Shown here in pieces: positions 50,547 to 63,290 of a stretch of DNA of 64,000 nucleotides; within the stretch, counting starts at the first letter, position 1; each line of letters starts with the position of its first letter. The position numbers were made by a program, and so were the translations under genes. The notes under the pieces are model-generated. The model saw nothing but the letters and a program-made list of their open reading frames with translations. It searched no databases and was not told where the DNA came from. Source of the DNA: Leucoraja ocellata (lineage: Eukaryota); NCBI GenBank assembly GCA_036785375.1, contig JAWMAR010000161.1, positions 3,348,001-3,412,000 of the forward strand. The letters run 5' to 3'.

Positions 50547-51883
50547 TAAGGGTGTTCTAAATGTAGAAATCACCACCGAAGGTGGTCTCACAATATTTAA
50601 GATTATTAAGATATGCAATTGAAACACCATGGCACAGAAGGTTATAGGCTGAGAGTTGGAAAATGGGATAGCGTAGGTAGGTAATGGATAAGGGACTGTA
50701 TCTGTCATGTTCGTCAGTGATCAATGCCGATGCTGCATATCCACGCCAACTCCTCCTTCGACAAACACAATATACCATCCTATGCAACCCCTTCCTCCCG
50801 GAGTACCAAGGCTACTCCACAATACCAAGATTACCATTGAACCCTGCTATCCACCCAATTCTATAAAACATGCCCACAAGCACCTGCTGTTCCAATTAAT
50901 AAATACGGTTACCACCTGATCCTCAAGGAAACCAATCCTCACCACCATCTTCAATCAACCGGTCAATCAACTGGTTTCCATCATGCACTCTTATCCCAAT
51001 TGCCATGCTTCTCTTCTGCAGAACACAGGATCTGGCCAAAGTCCAAACCTTTGTGATTTCCTTTTGCTCCTGTGGACAAAGCTTTTTTGAACAGCAGTAC
51101 TCAAAAGTCTACCCCCCTCTCCTAAATCAACCGAATAAAGCGTTTTATAGATGTTAACTAATTTTCAGTCAAACAATACTTTTTACAAAATGAAAACAGT
51201 CTAATCCTAATCCTATCTAATAAGTCACTGCATGGATTGAAACAAAGATGGAATGGATGCACTTACACAGTAGAATTAGTTATGGTGGGAATTGAAACTG
51301 CCAGGCACAAATGCAATTGGATAATCCAGATTCAAAGAATAACTCTGGAGCAAAGTGACACAACTTGCAGGTGACATTTCACTTTCCTTCTTTAATGGGT
51401 TGTAAATACTTTGCAATGTCACAAACCTGGCTTAAAGAGTACCCTGAACATATATTAGATATGCTGACCACACCTCATTGTAAACGTTTAAATCCTGTAT
51501 CATTTAAAACAGAAGCAATGCAGAAGCAGTGATACCTACAAAGTCTCGCAAATGTCCTTTATCACTTAGTCACAGATAGACAGTGCTTTTGGCACGTTGG
51601 CCTTCATTGCACGCGCTGTACCTGGGTCAGTGCAGGTGCGTACATGACAGCCAACAGCCTGTCTTGTCTTTTTCTTCTTTTGCTGTTTTGGTCTGTGTTT
51701 ACTTGTATGTTTTTAGTATATCTTTAGTTTTTGTATTATGTGAAGGGGGGGCGGGGGGGGGGGGGGGGGGTGGTAGGGGAAAACATTTTTATCTCTTTCC
51801 TCGATGGAGATGTGAGTTTTCCATTGTATCTCTGTCTGCTTTAACATCATGGAGCTGGCGGTACCTTTGTTAGGGATCAACTG

Positions 51884-52020
51884 CGGGAGCTCCAGCCGCA
51901 GAAGCTTCGACCGCCCCGACACGGGAGCTTCCATCGGCCCCGATGTGGGAGCTTCGATCGCTGACTGCGGGAGCTTCAATCGCCCCGACTGCGGAAGTGT
52001 CGATTGCCCTGGCCGCGGGA
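51884..52020 (+). repeat. GC-rich minisatellite, ~5 diverged units of ~24 bp (GCGGGAGCTTCGATCGCCCCGACT)
   Basis: Repeated GAGCTTC.A.CGCCCCGAC units, seen directly; lies within a larger repeat (~51615-52030). Confidence 0.8.
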
Positions 52021-52044
52021 GAAAAGGAGGAAAGAAGGTGTATG

Positions 52045-52400
52045 TTATTTGCCTTCCATCACAGTGGGAAATGTGAGGTTGCCGAAAAAACACGATGGAC
52101 GTGCTGCCTGCACTGGTGAGGACTCGGAGGGAGTACGGTGAGTGCAGTGATCTCGGTGTTTTGTGGGTACATGGCACCATGAGGACATCCCACAGTCTAG
52201 TGCGAGCGTGGATGGCTTTCTGACTCTTTGGGCGGACAGAGACTGCAGAGGGAGTGACAGCGGTCGGTACAACTCTGGTCACATCATGGTAAAGGACCGT
52301 ATGTGTGGCCCGGGCATTGAATTGATGGCTGTTGGCCTCCGCTTATGCTGTGCGCCCTGGGGATTTTCACACGCTGTTGTGGCGGCTGTTTATGTTTAAT
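52045..52400 (+). mobile_element. APE-endonuclease fragment of a Rex1/Babar-like LINE
   Basis: LPSITVGNVR.., TWHHEDIP..VDGFLTLWADRD.., IELMAVGLR..PWGFSHAVVAAVYV. Confidence 0.75.
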
Positions 52401-52489
52401 TTTTAGATGGTTATGTATTTTGTTGCTTTTTTGTATGACTATTGGAAAATCTAATTACTTGTATGTTTACATACTTGGCTAATAAAGTA

Positions 52490-53060
52490 ATTACAATTAA
52501 ATCAATCATGAAATTGAGTATTAAAGATGAGACAATTGCATAAGAAATTGGTGAGGCTGTGCTTGTAATATTGTGTTCGTTTTTGGTCCTCCTGCTATTG
52601 GAAAGATGCCATTTAAACAAAAAAGAGTGCAGTGAAGATTTACAATTATGTTGTGAGAATTCAAGGGCATGAGCAATAGGAAGAGTTTTGGGCATGTTAG
52701 GACTATTATTTGGAGCACAGGAAACAGAAGCATAAACTTATAGAGATTGATAAAATCATGAGGGGGCATAGATAGATTGGATGCACATAGTCTTTCTTCA
52801 GGGTAGGGAATCAAGATCTAGAGGGCATAAGTGAGAGAGGAAAAATTTTAATGGAACCTCAGGGGTAACTTTTATAAACCATATGTATATCGAATGAACT
52901 GCCAAAGTAAGTAGTTATGTCAGGTATGTCAGTTAAACAGGTTTTAAAAATCATTTTGACTGGTACATGTACAGGAAAGATTTAGATGAAAGTGGGCAGA
53001 CGGGGTATCTTGGCTGGCATGGACAGGTTGAAGTACCCGTTTCCATGCTGTGTGTCTCAA
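52490..53060 (+). mobile_element. CR1-type LINE 3' fragment
   Basis: Decayed LHKKLVR..CVRFWS..WKDA, KIMRGIDRLDA..VGNQDL motifs and 3' tail. Confidence 0.72.
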
Positions 53061-56000
53061 TAACTTGAATAGTTGACTTAATAATTGTGAGGCCATTAAC
53101 TGTTGGAACTGTGAAATGATGTGGGCATATTTCAGTATGTCACTCACTGTAATGTATCAAGTAGTCCACAATTATCTTTGAAATATGCATAAGGTGCAAT
53201 GGACCAAGATTTTCTGACGGCTTCCACCCCACCAACAAATGTTCATGCATTCTCCATTTGCCTACAACTGCTTCATCCTGAGAGGCAGCAATTTTCCACT
53301 TTATTTTTAAAATATTCATCTCTCTCTTCTACAATAGAAGTTCCAAATTTTGTTTTAATTAGAGTATTAACTTCAAATCATTTCAGCTTCATCAATCATA
53401 AGCGGTTAGCAGTCATGATACCTTACACCAGAATATAACTTCAGCAAAGATGATAAAACCTGGCTGGATTATAGTCATGGCGACAATGTCCCCTGCATGA
53501 GAAGCATACTTCTGAATAGGTAATTTCACAATAGCAATAGCAGTTAAAAAATACAATTTATTTAAACTGTCAGTCTGTTTATGTGGGCAATGAATATAGG
53601 AGTAGATTTTACAATAATGATGTTGCAGATCATCAACTAACTTAAAATAAGTCTGATTTTAAATGAAATTGAGAAATCTGTCTATCCTGGATAACAGGAA
53701 GCCTGTCACACAACCATTTTTATATTCTGGTGCTATGTTAAGAATCTATCCTCATCTGTCTATTTGTGAAGGAAGCATTTATCATTTACCCCAGTCATGT
53801 AGCAAAATTCACATAATTTGTTACATAAACAAAGAAGATCTCACTGTTTCTTATTTCTGGAACTTGTTTCTTCGTGGTTGGCAATCTGTGTGTGGAGCCA
53901 TTGATAGGTTAGTTCCCTGCTTGTTTGTAGTGTCTTTACTGAGGTCGTGTCATGGTGACTTGGTTCTTCAGGCACTGAATGAAACAACATAGTAAATTAT
54001 AAATACCATCTCCAACAATAAAGTGCAAGTAAAATACTGGAAGCAATAGTTAAATGCTCAAGTGCGATACATTAAATATTGGCCACAATCCCTATATTAC
54101 AGCCAATAACAGAAGTTTCATTGAGAAAATAATTGTTTACCGAATCCTTGTATTAAAATTGAATAACTGCAGTTCATTCTTAAAAGTAGAATTTTTCATA
54201 TGCTCAAAAAGTAATTCACCATATCACCAAAATATTTTACATAACATTATATGATTTTTAATCTGTACACGTTTAAAATAACATTCTGCAGATAACTAAA
54301 ACAAAAATGTACGTTTTATTAGAGATGATGTTGAGACATTTGACGCATGGTGGTTAGAATAAATTTAAAGACATAAATCTATGATCAAAAGAGGATTTTT
54401 TTCCCCCCAGAATTTCCCAGCCAAAGAAATGAAATGGAGAAAGACAGAAATCCATGTTGATCAAAGTTTGTCTTATTCTTATCAGATTTGTTTTAAGTGA
54501 AGCTGCTTTTATTTAAATGGGTAAGAATAAATGGTCTCTGCTCTCCTTTATCCATTGTGCTGACTGACACATAGCATCTGGCTTGCATCCCATTAGTGAC
54601 TATTCCTTTATATATTTTTAAGAATCTTTGTGACCAAAATTATGAAATTAACATGATCAAATCCATCATATATCCAGATAATTGACAAATATATACACAT
54701 ACAACTGAATTTGAGTAAATAGTTTAGAATTGACAAGTGGCAGATCAGGATTTTGTCATTGCCATTGAGACTTAAGTTCCCTTCTAAATTCAAACACAAG
54801 TGGCAGAAAACTGTGTAATTAACAGAAACCTAACTAGACAATTGACTGAAAGAAGTCCTGTCATAAGGCTTTGGTTTTATCTTTTTTTTTACTAAATACT
54901 TTGAATCATTTAAATGTTTCAGATTTGTAATAAATGCCAATTCAATTTTTGAAAGACAACCGGATTAATGAATGTTAGTGTTTGAACAAAAGTATATACT
55001 TCTATAAGGAATAAATGTGCATGCAGGCTTATCATGTAGATCTCTTGGGGATCTTGCACAATCAGAGGTCACTATCTCCACAGAAGAAACAATATCGTGA
55101 TATTAAAGAATGAAGGCATTCAGTGCTATGTTAGTGACAGTCATTGAGGTCAAGACCATCTGCCATTAATTTTCTCAAAAAGGAGAATAATGGACAGTCT
55201 ATGCATTGCTTCAAAACTCCCTACTGAATAAACAAGACAAGGTCATCTGCAGGTTAAATTTTGTCCAAGACATTTTCAAATACTTGTGAAGAGCACTATT
55301 ACTTATTCTTATAGAAACGCTTCTATGGCTTTTAATCAAAGATCTTTATGAGTTTATACATGCAAATAAATAACTTGACTAAACATTAACTGGCAAATGG
55401 GTTGCAACCAAGACCTTGTTGCTGCTGAAGATTCACGTATATTAAACAAAAAATCAAGTTACTGGATTATCATCTCCGAAAGTGGTTCTGAAGAATTCTG
55501 AACCTTTTAACAACATTTTAAGAAAAGTAGATGTATAAAGCTAGTGAATGCCAGGATGCACTTTCAGTACGTAACACACCACTTGCATTCAACCTTGTAC
55601 AAGCAGAATAATGATGTCTATTATTTGAGCAATATGGCATGATAAATGCATCTTTAGGAGTAAACTTTTAAAAATTACATAAAAATACTAATTTGTGCAA
55701 TCAAGGTGAAAAAAAAGCCTAAATGATACGAAAGTTACAAAAACATTTCATGTCATTTTTCAAAGTGCCACATGTAACAAATGGTGTAGTGGGAGGAGGA
55801 GAGTATAAGATGGACTTGGATTGTAGATCTGCAGTTAAGCCTTATTAATGAAAAAATAATAAAGACACAGGGATAAATGTATTATAGTTACAAAAAATAT
55901 AGTTCATATGATCTTCCTTTTAATAATCAATTGATGTTGTTGACTTTTTTTAGCTACTTCCATCAACTGAAGTTTGGCATATTTTTGTAACCAAAACAGG

Positions 56001-59000
56001 AAATCCAGCTCTGATCTGGGGCCATCAAAACACCTGCAGGGAGATTTCCATGTTTATTTTTAACAAAGCTTAGAAACAAGTCTAAATACTCTGGCACCTT
56101 AGAAAACTTGCTAAAATTAACAGCTCAGTTGAGATCAAGGCTTCATCATTCAAAGGAAAAATGTAGGGCAAAAAATGTACACTGGCAAGTATTTGCTTTC
56201 TAAAATGAAACTACCTGCTTTTAAGCAGATTTTCTCCCAGGTGGTATTTTAATTACTTTGCCTTGGTTTTTTCCTTAATATGAAAAGTACAGCTTCAAAA
56301 TCACAACTATCAACAAATAATACATAGACATCATACTTAAATAAGATTTTCTGTCGAAGAATTTTCATCAAAACCTGAAATATTTTCAACATTAAAAAAT
56401 ATATATTTTGTTGTTCACAGTTGCTGACTATCATATGGATAGTATTTTCAGTATTTATTGTTTCATTTATAATTTTCAATTATGGATTTTAATACCACAG
56501 TAAGAGCGATTTTTCTTAAAGTGACTTTGTCTACAATGCATTATTGAAATTGACAATGGAGCTTAAAATTTGTTTATTTTGTTCCTCTACTAAATTTCTT
56601 GCCTGTTCGCAGGGAAATGTTCCATTTGTGTAAGTCCCCACCAACTGGAAGATGCAGTATAAAAGGCTGATTTTAACCCCCATGCCCAATGAGGGGCTGA
56701 AATAGAGGATTACTCACTCATTCCTACTGCAGCCTTAGCCAACACCAATCAAATGTTGTCTCAGAACTCGAACAGGATCCTTATCTGCCTGCTACTCTCA
56801 GTCAAATAAATCCCAACTTGTGCCACAGCAGTCAGAAAACGGTAGCAATCAAGATCAGAACCGAGAGAGCCCAAGCGACATTGCTTATTTAAATTTAGTA
56901 AATAATTATTTCCTTATGGATTCGGAGGAGTAAGAGTGCTTCTCCAGTTCATAAAGAAAAATTTTGTCTCTCTTGTCTCAGGAGACTGTCCACTGGAATC
57001 CCCGGAGGTGGTCTCCAGCCACCCGAAATCCTGCTTCCACCCGCCAAGCTGAGTCATTCCCATTGGATTTGGGCAAGAGGTGGAATACAGTAATGAATCG
57101 CAGGAGTTAATATCTCTCCAGGCCTCACACAGTGATTTAATGTAAGCATGCTGCTTGCTATCATATCCACACCAAGTACTCAATCTGTGAATTGGGGCTG
57201 AAGTGTCAGAAAAAGCAATCTTGTAGTATTCAGTCGGTTTGTCAGCCATATTTCCAAGAGACGTAATCAAACATGAGATATTGGAAATAAAAGAAAATCA
57301 ACGATATTTTATGAACACAATATGTTCAATTTTCTTTTCAATAGTGTGTTTTCCTACATCATAAAAAAATAAAGAAAAAGATTGAGAACCTCCAATCCAC
57401 GAGGATTTTTTACTACAGCGATCACATGCTATAGCATGGAAACAGGCCTTTTAACCAACTGAGTCACGCTGACCATTGATCATCCATTCACACTAGTTCT
57501 ATGTAGTCCCACTTTCTCATCCATTAAGGATAAAGGGGTATAATAGTACTTTTGGTCATTTTATGAGATATTTCATAGGATTACACCATCTCCATGTTAC
57601 TCAGAGTTTTGGTTCATAATGTATTAACATTGAAACATTTGCATTTACATATTGCTCTATTCACTTTACTTTTAATATGTCCCAAGGTGTTTGTGGTAAA
57701 TACTTTTGAATTTTTGTCACTATAATATTATGGCATATTAAAACATGTAGGAGTCAAAATCTTATTAAAAGTGAGGTACAACTTCCATTGTTTCCAAGCT
57801 GATCAAATTTCTGACAATTTATCCGAGTTATACAGTATACAAAAAAAGAAACAAATGTTGTAATAAAGCGCAAAAGCATTTGAATTATATTTTAAAACAA
57901 CATGGAAGTGTAAAGATCAGAACATTTGTCGGCATGTTTCATTTGTGAATTACTTTTAATGTTTACCATTTGTTTTAGATAAGGTGCCACACATGTGTAC
58001 AATGATTGGTTGATATAAAACAAAATTCGAATGACTACATTATAAACCTGCAGGAAACTATTATCATAACTTAGTAGATGCTTGCTCGGAAAATTAGTGC
58101 AGGCTTCACTTTAAATGTTATATTTTAACAAGTGACAAAGCATTTAACTATAAAATAGAAATGAACAAAATGCTATGTAGCATTGACAACACAACTCGTG
58201 CAGTGTTTTACAGTTCTCTAAGAGGCAATCCTGTGAACTGGGGTTGCACTCTGCCAGAAAAGTGGCTCTGACCCATAGAGAGCTCCTTGAGATCACCAAT
58301 GCCTCAGGCCTTACTGCTTTCTCCAAGTCTTATGTTTCAAGTATCAGTTTGGATTTCTTCTGGAGATGATTAACGCAAACACAACACAGATTTTTTCCAA
58401 GTTATCCAAAACCATGTGTTTATATTATTCTAGTTCTTTTCTAGATTTTGCTGGTTATATCTACCTGCTTGAAGTCCCTATCATTTTACACCCTAAGAGA
58501 GCCATTAAACCCATAGTTTCACAAACTTATATATTTCACTCCTTGATTACACACAACTGTCCTGCACAGATGTGAAACGAATTGTAAAACAGCTTCCATA
58601 AACATTTTTTTTCATTTCAACACTTTTAACTCTTTATTGTCAATGCTTTAGTATTGGCTTTGACAGTTGATGGCCTCCAGTCATCTTTCTTGAAGTTAAG
58701 CATGATACATAATCCCAAGCTGTCATTTAAAAAGAAACTTGCAAAGATATATAATTGTTGGAGGAGTTGAAATGGAAAAATAACAAATCTAATTAAAGAG
58801 CTGAAATTGAATGGTGCATTCATTGTATTGTTTTCCCTGTCCAACCCACCCCAAATACTAAACCCCATATCTCTCTCTTTTCTTAGCCCCAATATTGAAT
58901 GTCATCGCATTTCCTATTATAGCCTGAAGGGTGACGTGCCTGAGACCATGAACTTGTGTATAATAGGACTCAGTGAAGCAGTTGGCAGGAAACACAATCT

Positions 59001-60704
59001 CAGAAGGTCGATTTCAGGAGTTTTTATCTGGTACTGATATGTGCAATTATTTTTTTTCATAAATTAACTGATAACTGTTTGAATTGCTATTGTAGCATAT
59101 AGGAATTTGTACAAAATGGAACTCCACCTTGTAATCGTACATTAACAAGATTGCTGCAAAACTTGCCATTTACCCAGGTCTTGTGAATAAATGCTTACGT
59201 TTTTTAATGGAACCACTGGAACATACCTCTTTAAATGGAAGCAAGCCCATGACAGGCTGCCAAATGCAGAGGCCTTGAACACATTGACAGATTTGGAATG
59301 CTGAATTTGTCAGTTCACTCTATCACTGTACTCCTTGCAGACTGCTCGGCACTAGCACTAGGGAATTACCTCTCGGATTCAGCACTAGATTAAATCTGGC
59401 TTAGGATCTGAGACCACATTGAATTCAATGTGGAATGTAGGGCTGTGTTTTTTTCTAAATAATTTTGGTTAGCTTATTTTTTTCATGGAGTGTTTTTTAG
59501 ACTTTAAAGATTATTTTCATACATTTTTAAATATTTCTGATTTTGTATAGGCAAAGGTGAGGTGAAGCTTTCTTAGAAGTTTTGAGGTGGAGCTTCACAT
59601 CCCATCACTAAATGCCTGGTATGGTCCATAATACTTTAAGCAAGTAAGATAGGTCATCACATGGACATAGTAAGTGCAGATGTAGGGTGACAGTGAGCAG
59701 AGGCTCCAGGCTCAGGGCCAGAGAACATAGAACAGGCCCTTTGGCCCACAATGTCTGTGCTGACCATGATGCTAACTTACACTAATCTCCTCTGACTGCA
59801 TGTGATCCACATCTCTCCATTTCCTGCATATTCCTGTGCCTATCAAAAAGCCTTCTATTAGGACTTCCCTCAACCTTCGATGTTCCAGAGAACGCAATAT
59901 AAATGTGTCCAACCTCAGCTTATAGCTAATGCCCGTTAATGCATACAATCTGGTCTATTATTAAAGAACAATGGATGTAAAAATATTAAGTGGACAATGA
60001 CGCAGACATTTAGTACTGCTTTGCAATGATATTTTATACTAAAAAAATTCAAATGCTAAGAACAATCTGGTTCTTATTTCATTTGGCGCACACCTTTGAA
60101 GATTAGATGCGGAGGCCCCTGTGAACATAATGACTGGAAGCACAGAGGTGGCTGAATGAGCTCAAGGAAGTCAAGTGGCATGGTATGGCTGTTTTGATGT
60201 CACTTGTGCATATTGTACTGCACATATGAGTCTGAAAACAATGTGAGCATTGCCCAGGGAATTTAAATTTAACCAGAGAGAAAAGCACTTTCTGGTGCTA
60301 TGTAAGGACTCTACCATCTCCATGCTTTTTCTGGGGAATGTTTTCTTCATCCATATTTTCAGAGCAGGATTTTCTTTAAGTACTCTTCCTTAGTGAACAG
60401 TCTCACTATACCCTTCTCTGTTCCCTTGGTGCTGTTATCTGCCCAACCTTTCTTCCCAGAATCACTGGCATTTCCTGTAATGTTTGCCCTGTCAATTGAC
60501 TGCCCAAGTCCTATCTGCTCATCTCCGCAAACAAACCGAATCACCATTTTCCAACTGGCCATGTGTGATCCTATTCTCCTCTCCACCACCCAACCTAACT
60601 ATTCCGATGGTCAATTCATCTGCAATCTCTAGTGTTAACAATAGTCAGACATTATGGAAAAACAGGCGATATGTATGAGCTTCCTTTTGTAAGGTTTATA
60701 TTAT

Positions 60705-60913
60705 TGTAGATTGATGATGCATGTGAACCAATCACACATAAGCCAGCATCACTAACTCCACCCCACTATAACACTTATACTAACACTCGTTCCCGGCACT
60801 GCCAGTCGGAGCAGCTAGGATGTACTGACAACCTGTTGTCCTCAACGCTGTTAAGTTTTGGTGCTGATTAAAGATGTGTTTAAATCATACACTGTCTCTG
60901 GTGCCTGTTTACA
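60705..60913 (+). repeat. 5' LTR (209 bp)
   Basis: Direct repeat of 62430-62635; by eye, 6 substitutions and one 3-bp indel. Confidence 0.96.
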
Positions 60914-60931
60914 TGGTGTCAGAAGTGGGAT
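60914..60931 (+). other. Primer binding site complementary to the 3' end of tRNA-Leu(CAA)
   Basis: TGGTGTCAGAAGTGGGAT is the reverse complement of ATCCCACTTCTGACACCA. Confidence 0.85.
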
Positions 60932-61055
60932 GGTGTGGGCGGTTAATGGCAGTGTTCAGGTCTTTCGGTTTGATGCACAGGCGGATCTCATTTTTTCCCT
61001 TCTTGACTGTGGCAATCATGGTTGAGACCCAGGCAGTGGGGTCGCTAACTGCTTC

Positions 61056-62381
61056 AACTACGCGCAAATCGAAAAGGAACTGCTGGCTGTCGTCTTTGCC
61101 TGCACCAATTCCACGACTTTGTCTTTGGCAACACATTCACGGTCGAGACGGACCACCAACCACTGGTGACAATCTTGAACAAGCCCATCCATGCCGCGCC
61201 AGCTCGCTTGCAGCGCATGATGCTGCAGCCGCAGCGATACGACTTTTCCATTACCTACAAAAAGGGTAAGGACATGCATGTCGTTGACACTCTCTCTCGT
61301 GCACCTCGGGCATCTTGTGAACAACACCCCCATGAACAGGAAGATTTCACAGTCCTCGGTGTCGACCTCGTCTCCAGTAAGCAACTGCGCACCCTGGCCG
61401 CGCACACTGACACTGATGAAACGCTTCAAGCCCTCTCCTCCATCAACTGGTTTGAACTAGACCAACTGACCTCTCTCACATCTGAGAAGGTCATCAAGAA
61501 GCTGAAAAGACACTTCTCCGCCTATGGGGCTCCTGTCAGCCTGAGAACCGACAACGGTCAGCAGCTCACCAGCCACATGTTCAAGCTTTTCGCTGACCGA
61601 TGGAACTTCCAGCACGTCACGAGCATTCCCGAGTATCCACAGAGTAATGGACGAGCTGAACGCGCTGTCAGAAGTGCCAAGCACTTGCTGGAGGGAGCGC
61701 GCATTTCAAATTCAGACGTCTATCTCGACCTCCTGAATCTCTGAAACATTGCCAGAGACGAAACCCTGGGATCGCCGTCACAGCGCCTAATGTCGAGATT
61801 GACGAGGTCTCCGGTCCCCACCGCACAACAGCAGCTGGTCCCTCGGGTGTTGAAGCCTGCCACTATCCAGAAACGTCTCCAAGAGAAGCATGACATCCAG
61901 AAACGACAGTTCCAGCAGACCACTCAAGCCTCTACTGCCGGGCCAGGTCGTCCGTCTATGTACTTCGACTGGACATTCCCGTTTGGGCACTGTTGTCAGC
62001 CCGACTGATGAGCCACGATCCTACCTGGTGAACTGTGAGGGAGCGGTATACCGGAGAAGTCAACAACACCTGCTTGCTGTGAGGGAGCCCCGACCACTGC
62101 CTGCTGGTCCTTATGCTTCGCCGCTCCAGTTCCAGCTGCCTTCTGCAATGTCTCCCACCCGTCGCTGCATGTCTTACACCCCTCCTCGTCCCTCGGTCTC
62201 CACTAACCAGGGGGCCTCACCTACCGCATGTTTCCCCTTTCGGTCCCCACAAGCCTCTCCCGCGCCATTCTCGCCTCCAGGCTCTCGGTCTCATCTTTCA
62301 GGAGAGGGAGGGGAGGGTTGGGTCTGCACGCGCTCAGGTCGTGTTAGTAGACCACCAGACAGGTATGGCGAGTATGTTTAA
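61056..62381 (+). pseudogene. Gypsy pol remnant: RNase H C-terminal half fused to a partial integrase
   Basis: NYAQIEKELLAVVFAC..VETDHQPLVTILNKP..RLQRMML..YKKGKDMHVVDTLSRAP; WFE..LRTDNGQQ..TSIPEYPQSNGRAERAVR; PLLPGQVVR..PRSYLV..YRR. Frameshifts and a stop are present. Confidence 0.92.
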
Positions 62382-62429
62382 CTCCATGGCATGGGTGCCC
62401 TTTCCACATTTAATCCTAAGGGGGAAGGA

Positions 62430-62635
62430 TGTAGATTGATGATGCATGTGAACCAATCACACATAAGCCAGCATCACTAACTCCACCCTACTATAACACT
62501 TATACTAACACTCATTCCCGGCAATGCCAGTTGGATCAGCTAGGATGTACTGACAACCTGTTCTCAACGCTGTTAAGTTTTGGTGCTGATTAAAGATGTG
62601 TTTAAATCATACACGGTCTCTGGTGCCTGTTTACA
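62430..62635 (+). repeat. 3' LTR (206 bp)
   Basis: Preceded by the PPT and followed by the TSD ATTAT. Confidence 0.96.
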
Positions 62636-63199
62636 ATTATTGTACGTGATAACTTCAGCATCAATATTGTTCAAAGCAGGTTTTCTTTAAATATTATTTT
62701 TTTAGTGATCAGTGAGCACATAACTTGCTCACATCAGTGAGCACATAAATTACTTGCACAATCCTGATACTTCACGTTTACATGCCTTTCTTGGCCTAAA
62801 TCATTTGCCCTTCAATAAGATATGTCTTGTTTAATGCACAAAACTACTATCGTGCTAGCAAATAATGGGAAAATGATTCAAATTTGTTAGCAATCACATA
62901 TTTAAATGACTCACTAATTTTTAGAAAACATGGAATATGGGTAGGTGAGTAGTTCCTTTGTGTAATTTTTAAGGGCAACGGCACTAGTGAATCACTAGTG
63001 ATTGGGATGGCAGCAATGAAGGTCAGGTGGAGCTCAGTGGGATAACGGACTGAGATTAGATGGCAGGAGGGAGACGGGGAAGCTAGAGTAGCTTGGATGG
63101 TGCGCCCTACTTCTTCTTCACCACAGATCTGCTAAAAATCACTTACCTCAGGGAGTAACTTCTCACGCCAGACTGACTAACAGATAACCCACGGATTAG

Positions 63200-63290
63200 G
63201 AGAAGGGTCTCAACCTGAAACGTCACCTATTACTTTTCTCCTGTGATGCTGTCTGGCCCGCTGAGTTACTCCATCTTTTTGTATCTCTTA
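63200..63290 (+). mobile_element. Penelope-derived short element
   Basis: GAAGGGTCTCAACCTGAAACGTCACCTAT..GATGCTGTCTGGCCCGCTGAGTTACTCC. Confidence 0.75.

Larger units (their letters stand above)
60705..62635 (+). mobile_element. Internally deleted and rearranged Ty3/Gypsy LTR retrotransposon (1931 bp)
   Basis: LTRs 60705-60913 and 62430-62635 (TG...CA), ATTAT duplicated on both sides, PBS at 60914-60931, PPT AAGGGGGAAGGA at 62418-62429. Contains RT, RNase H and integrase fragments. Confidence 0.96.

Noticed and set aside
51884-52020. CRISPR-like repeat array
   Set aside because: Units are contiguous and degenerate with no unique spacers, the context is eukaryotic, and there are no cas genes.
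51713-52282. 189-aa minus-strand ORF
   Set aside because: It is the antisense of a LINE endonuclease fragment, a GC-rich minisatellite and a poly-G run.
56914-57270. 118-aa minus-strand ORF as a possible terminal exon of LRRIQ1, the usual upstream neighbour
   Set aside because: No recognisable similarity to LRRIQ1 and no convincing splice acceptor. TBLASTN would settle it.
62708-62760. Short tandem duplication (ATCAGTGAGCACATAA twice); similar one at 41431-41485
   Set aside because: Ordinary slippage or repair duplications with no sign of function.
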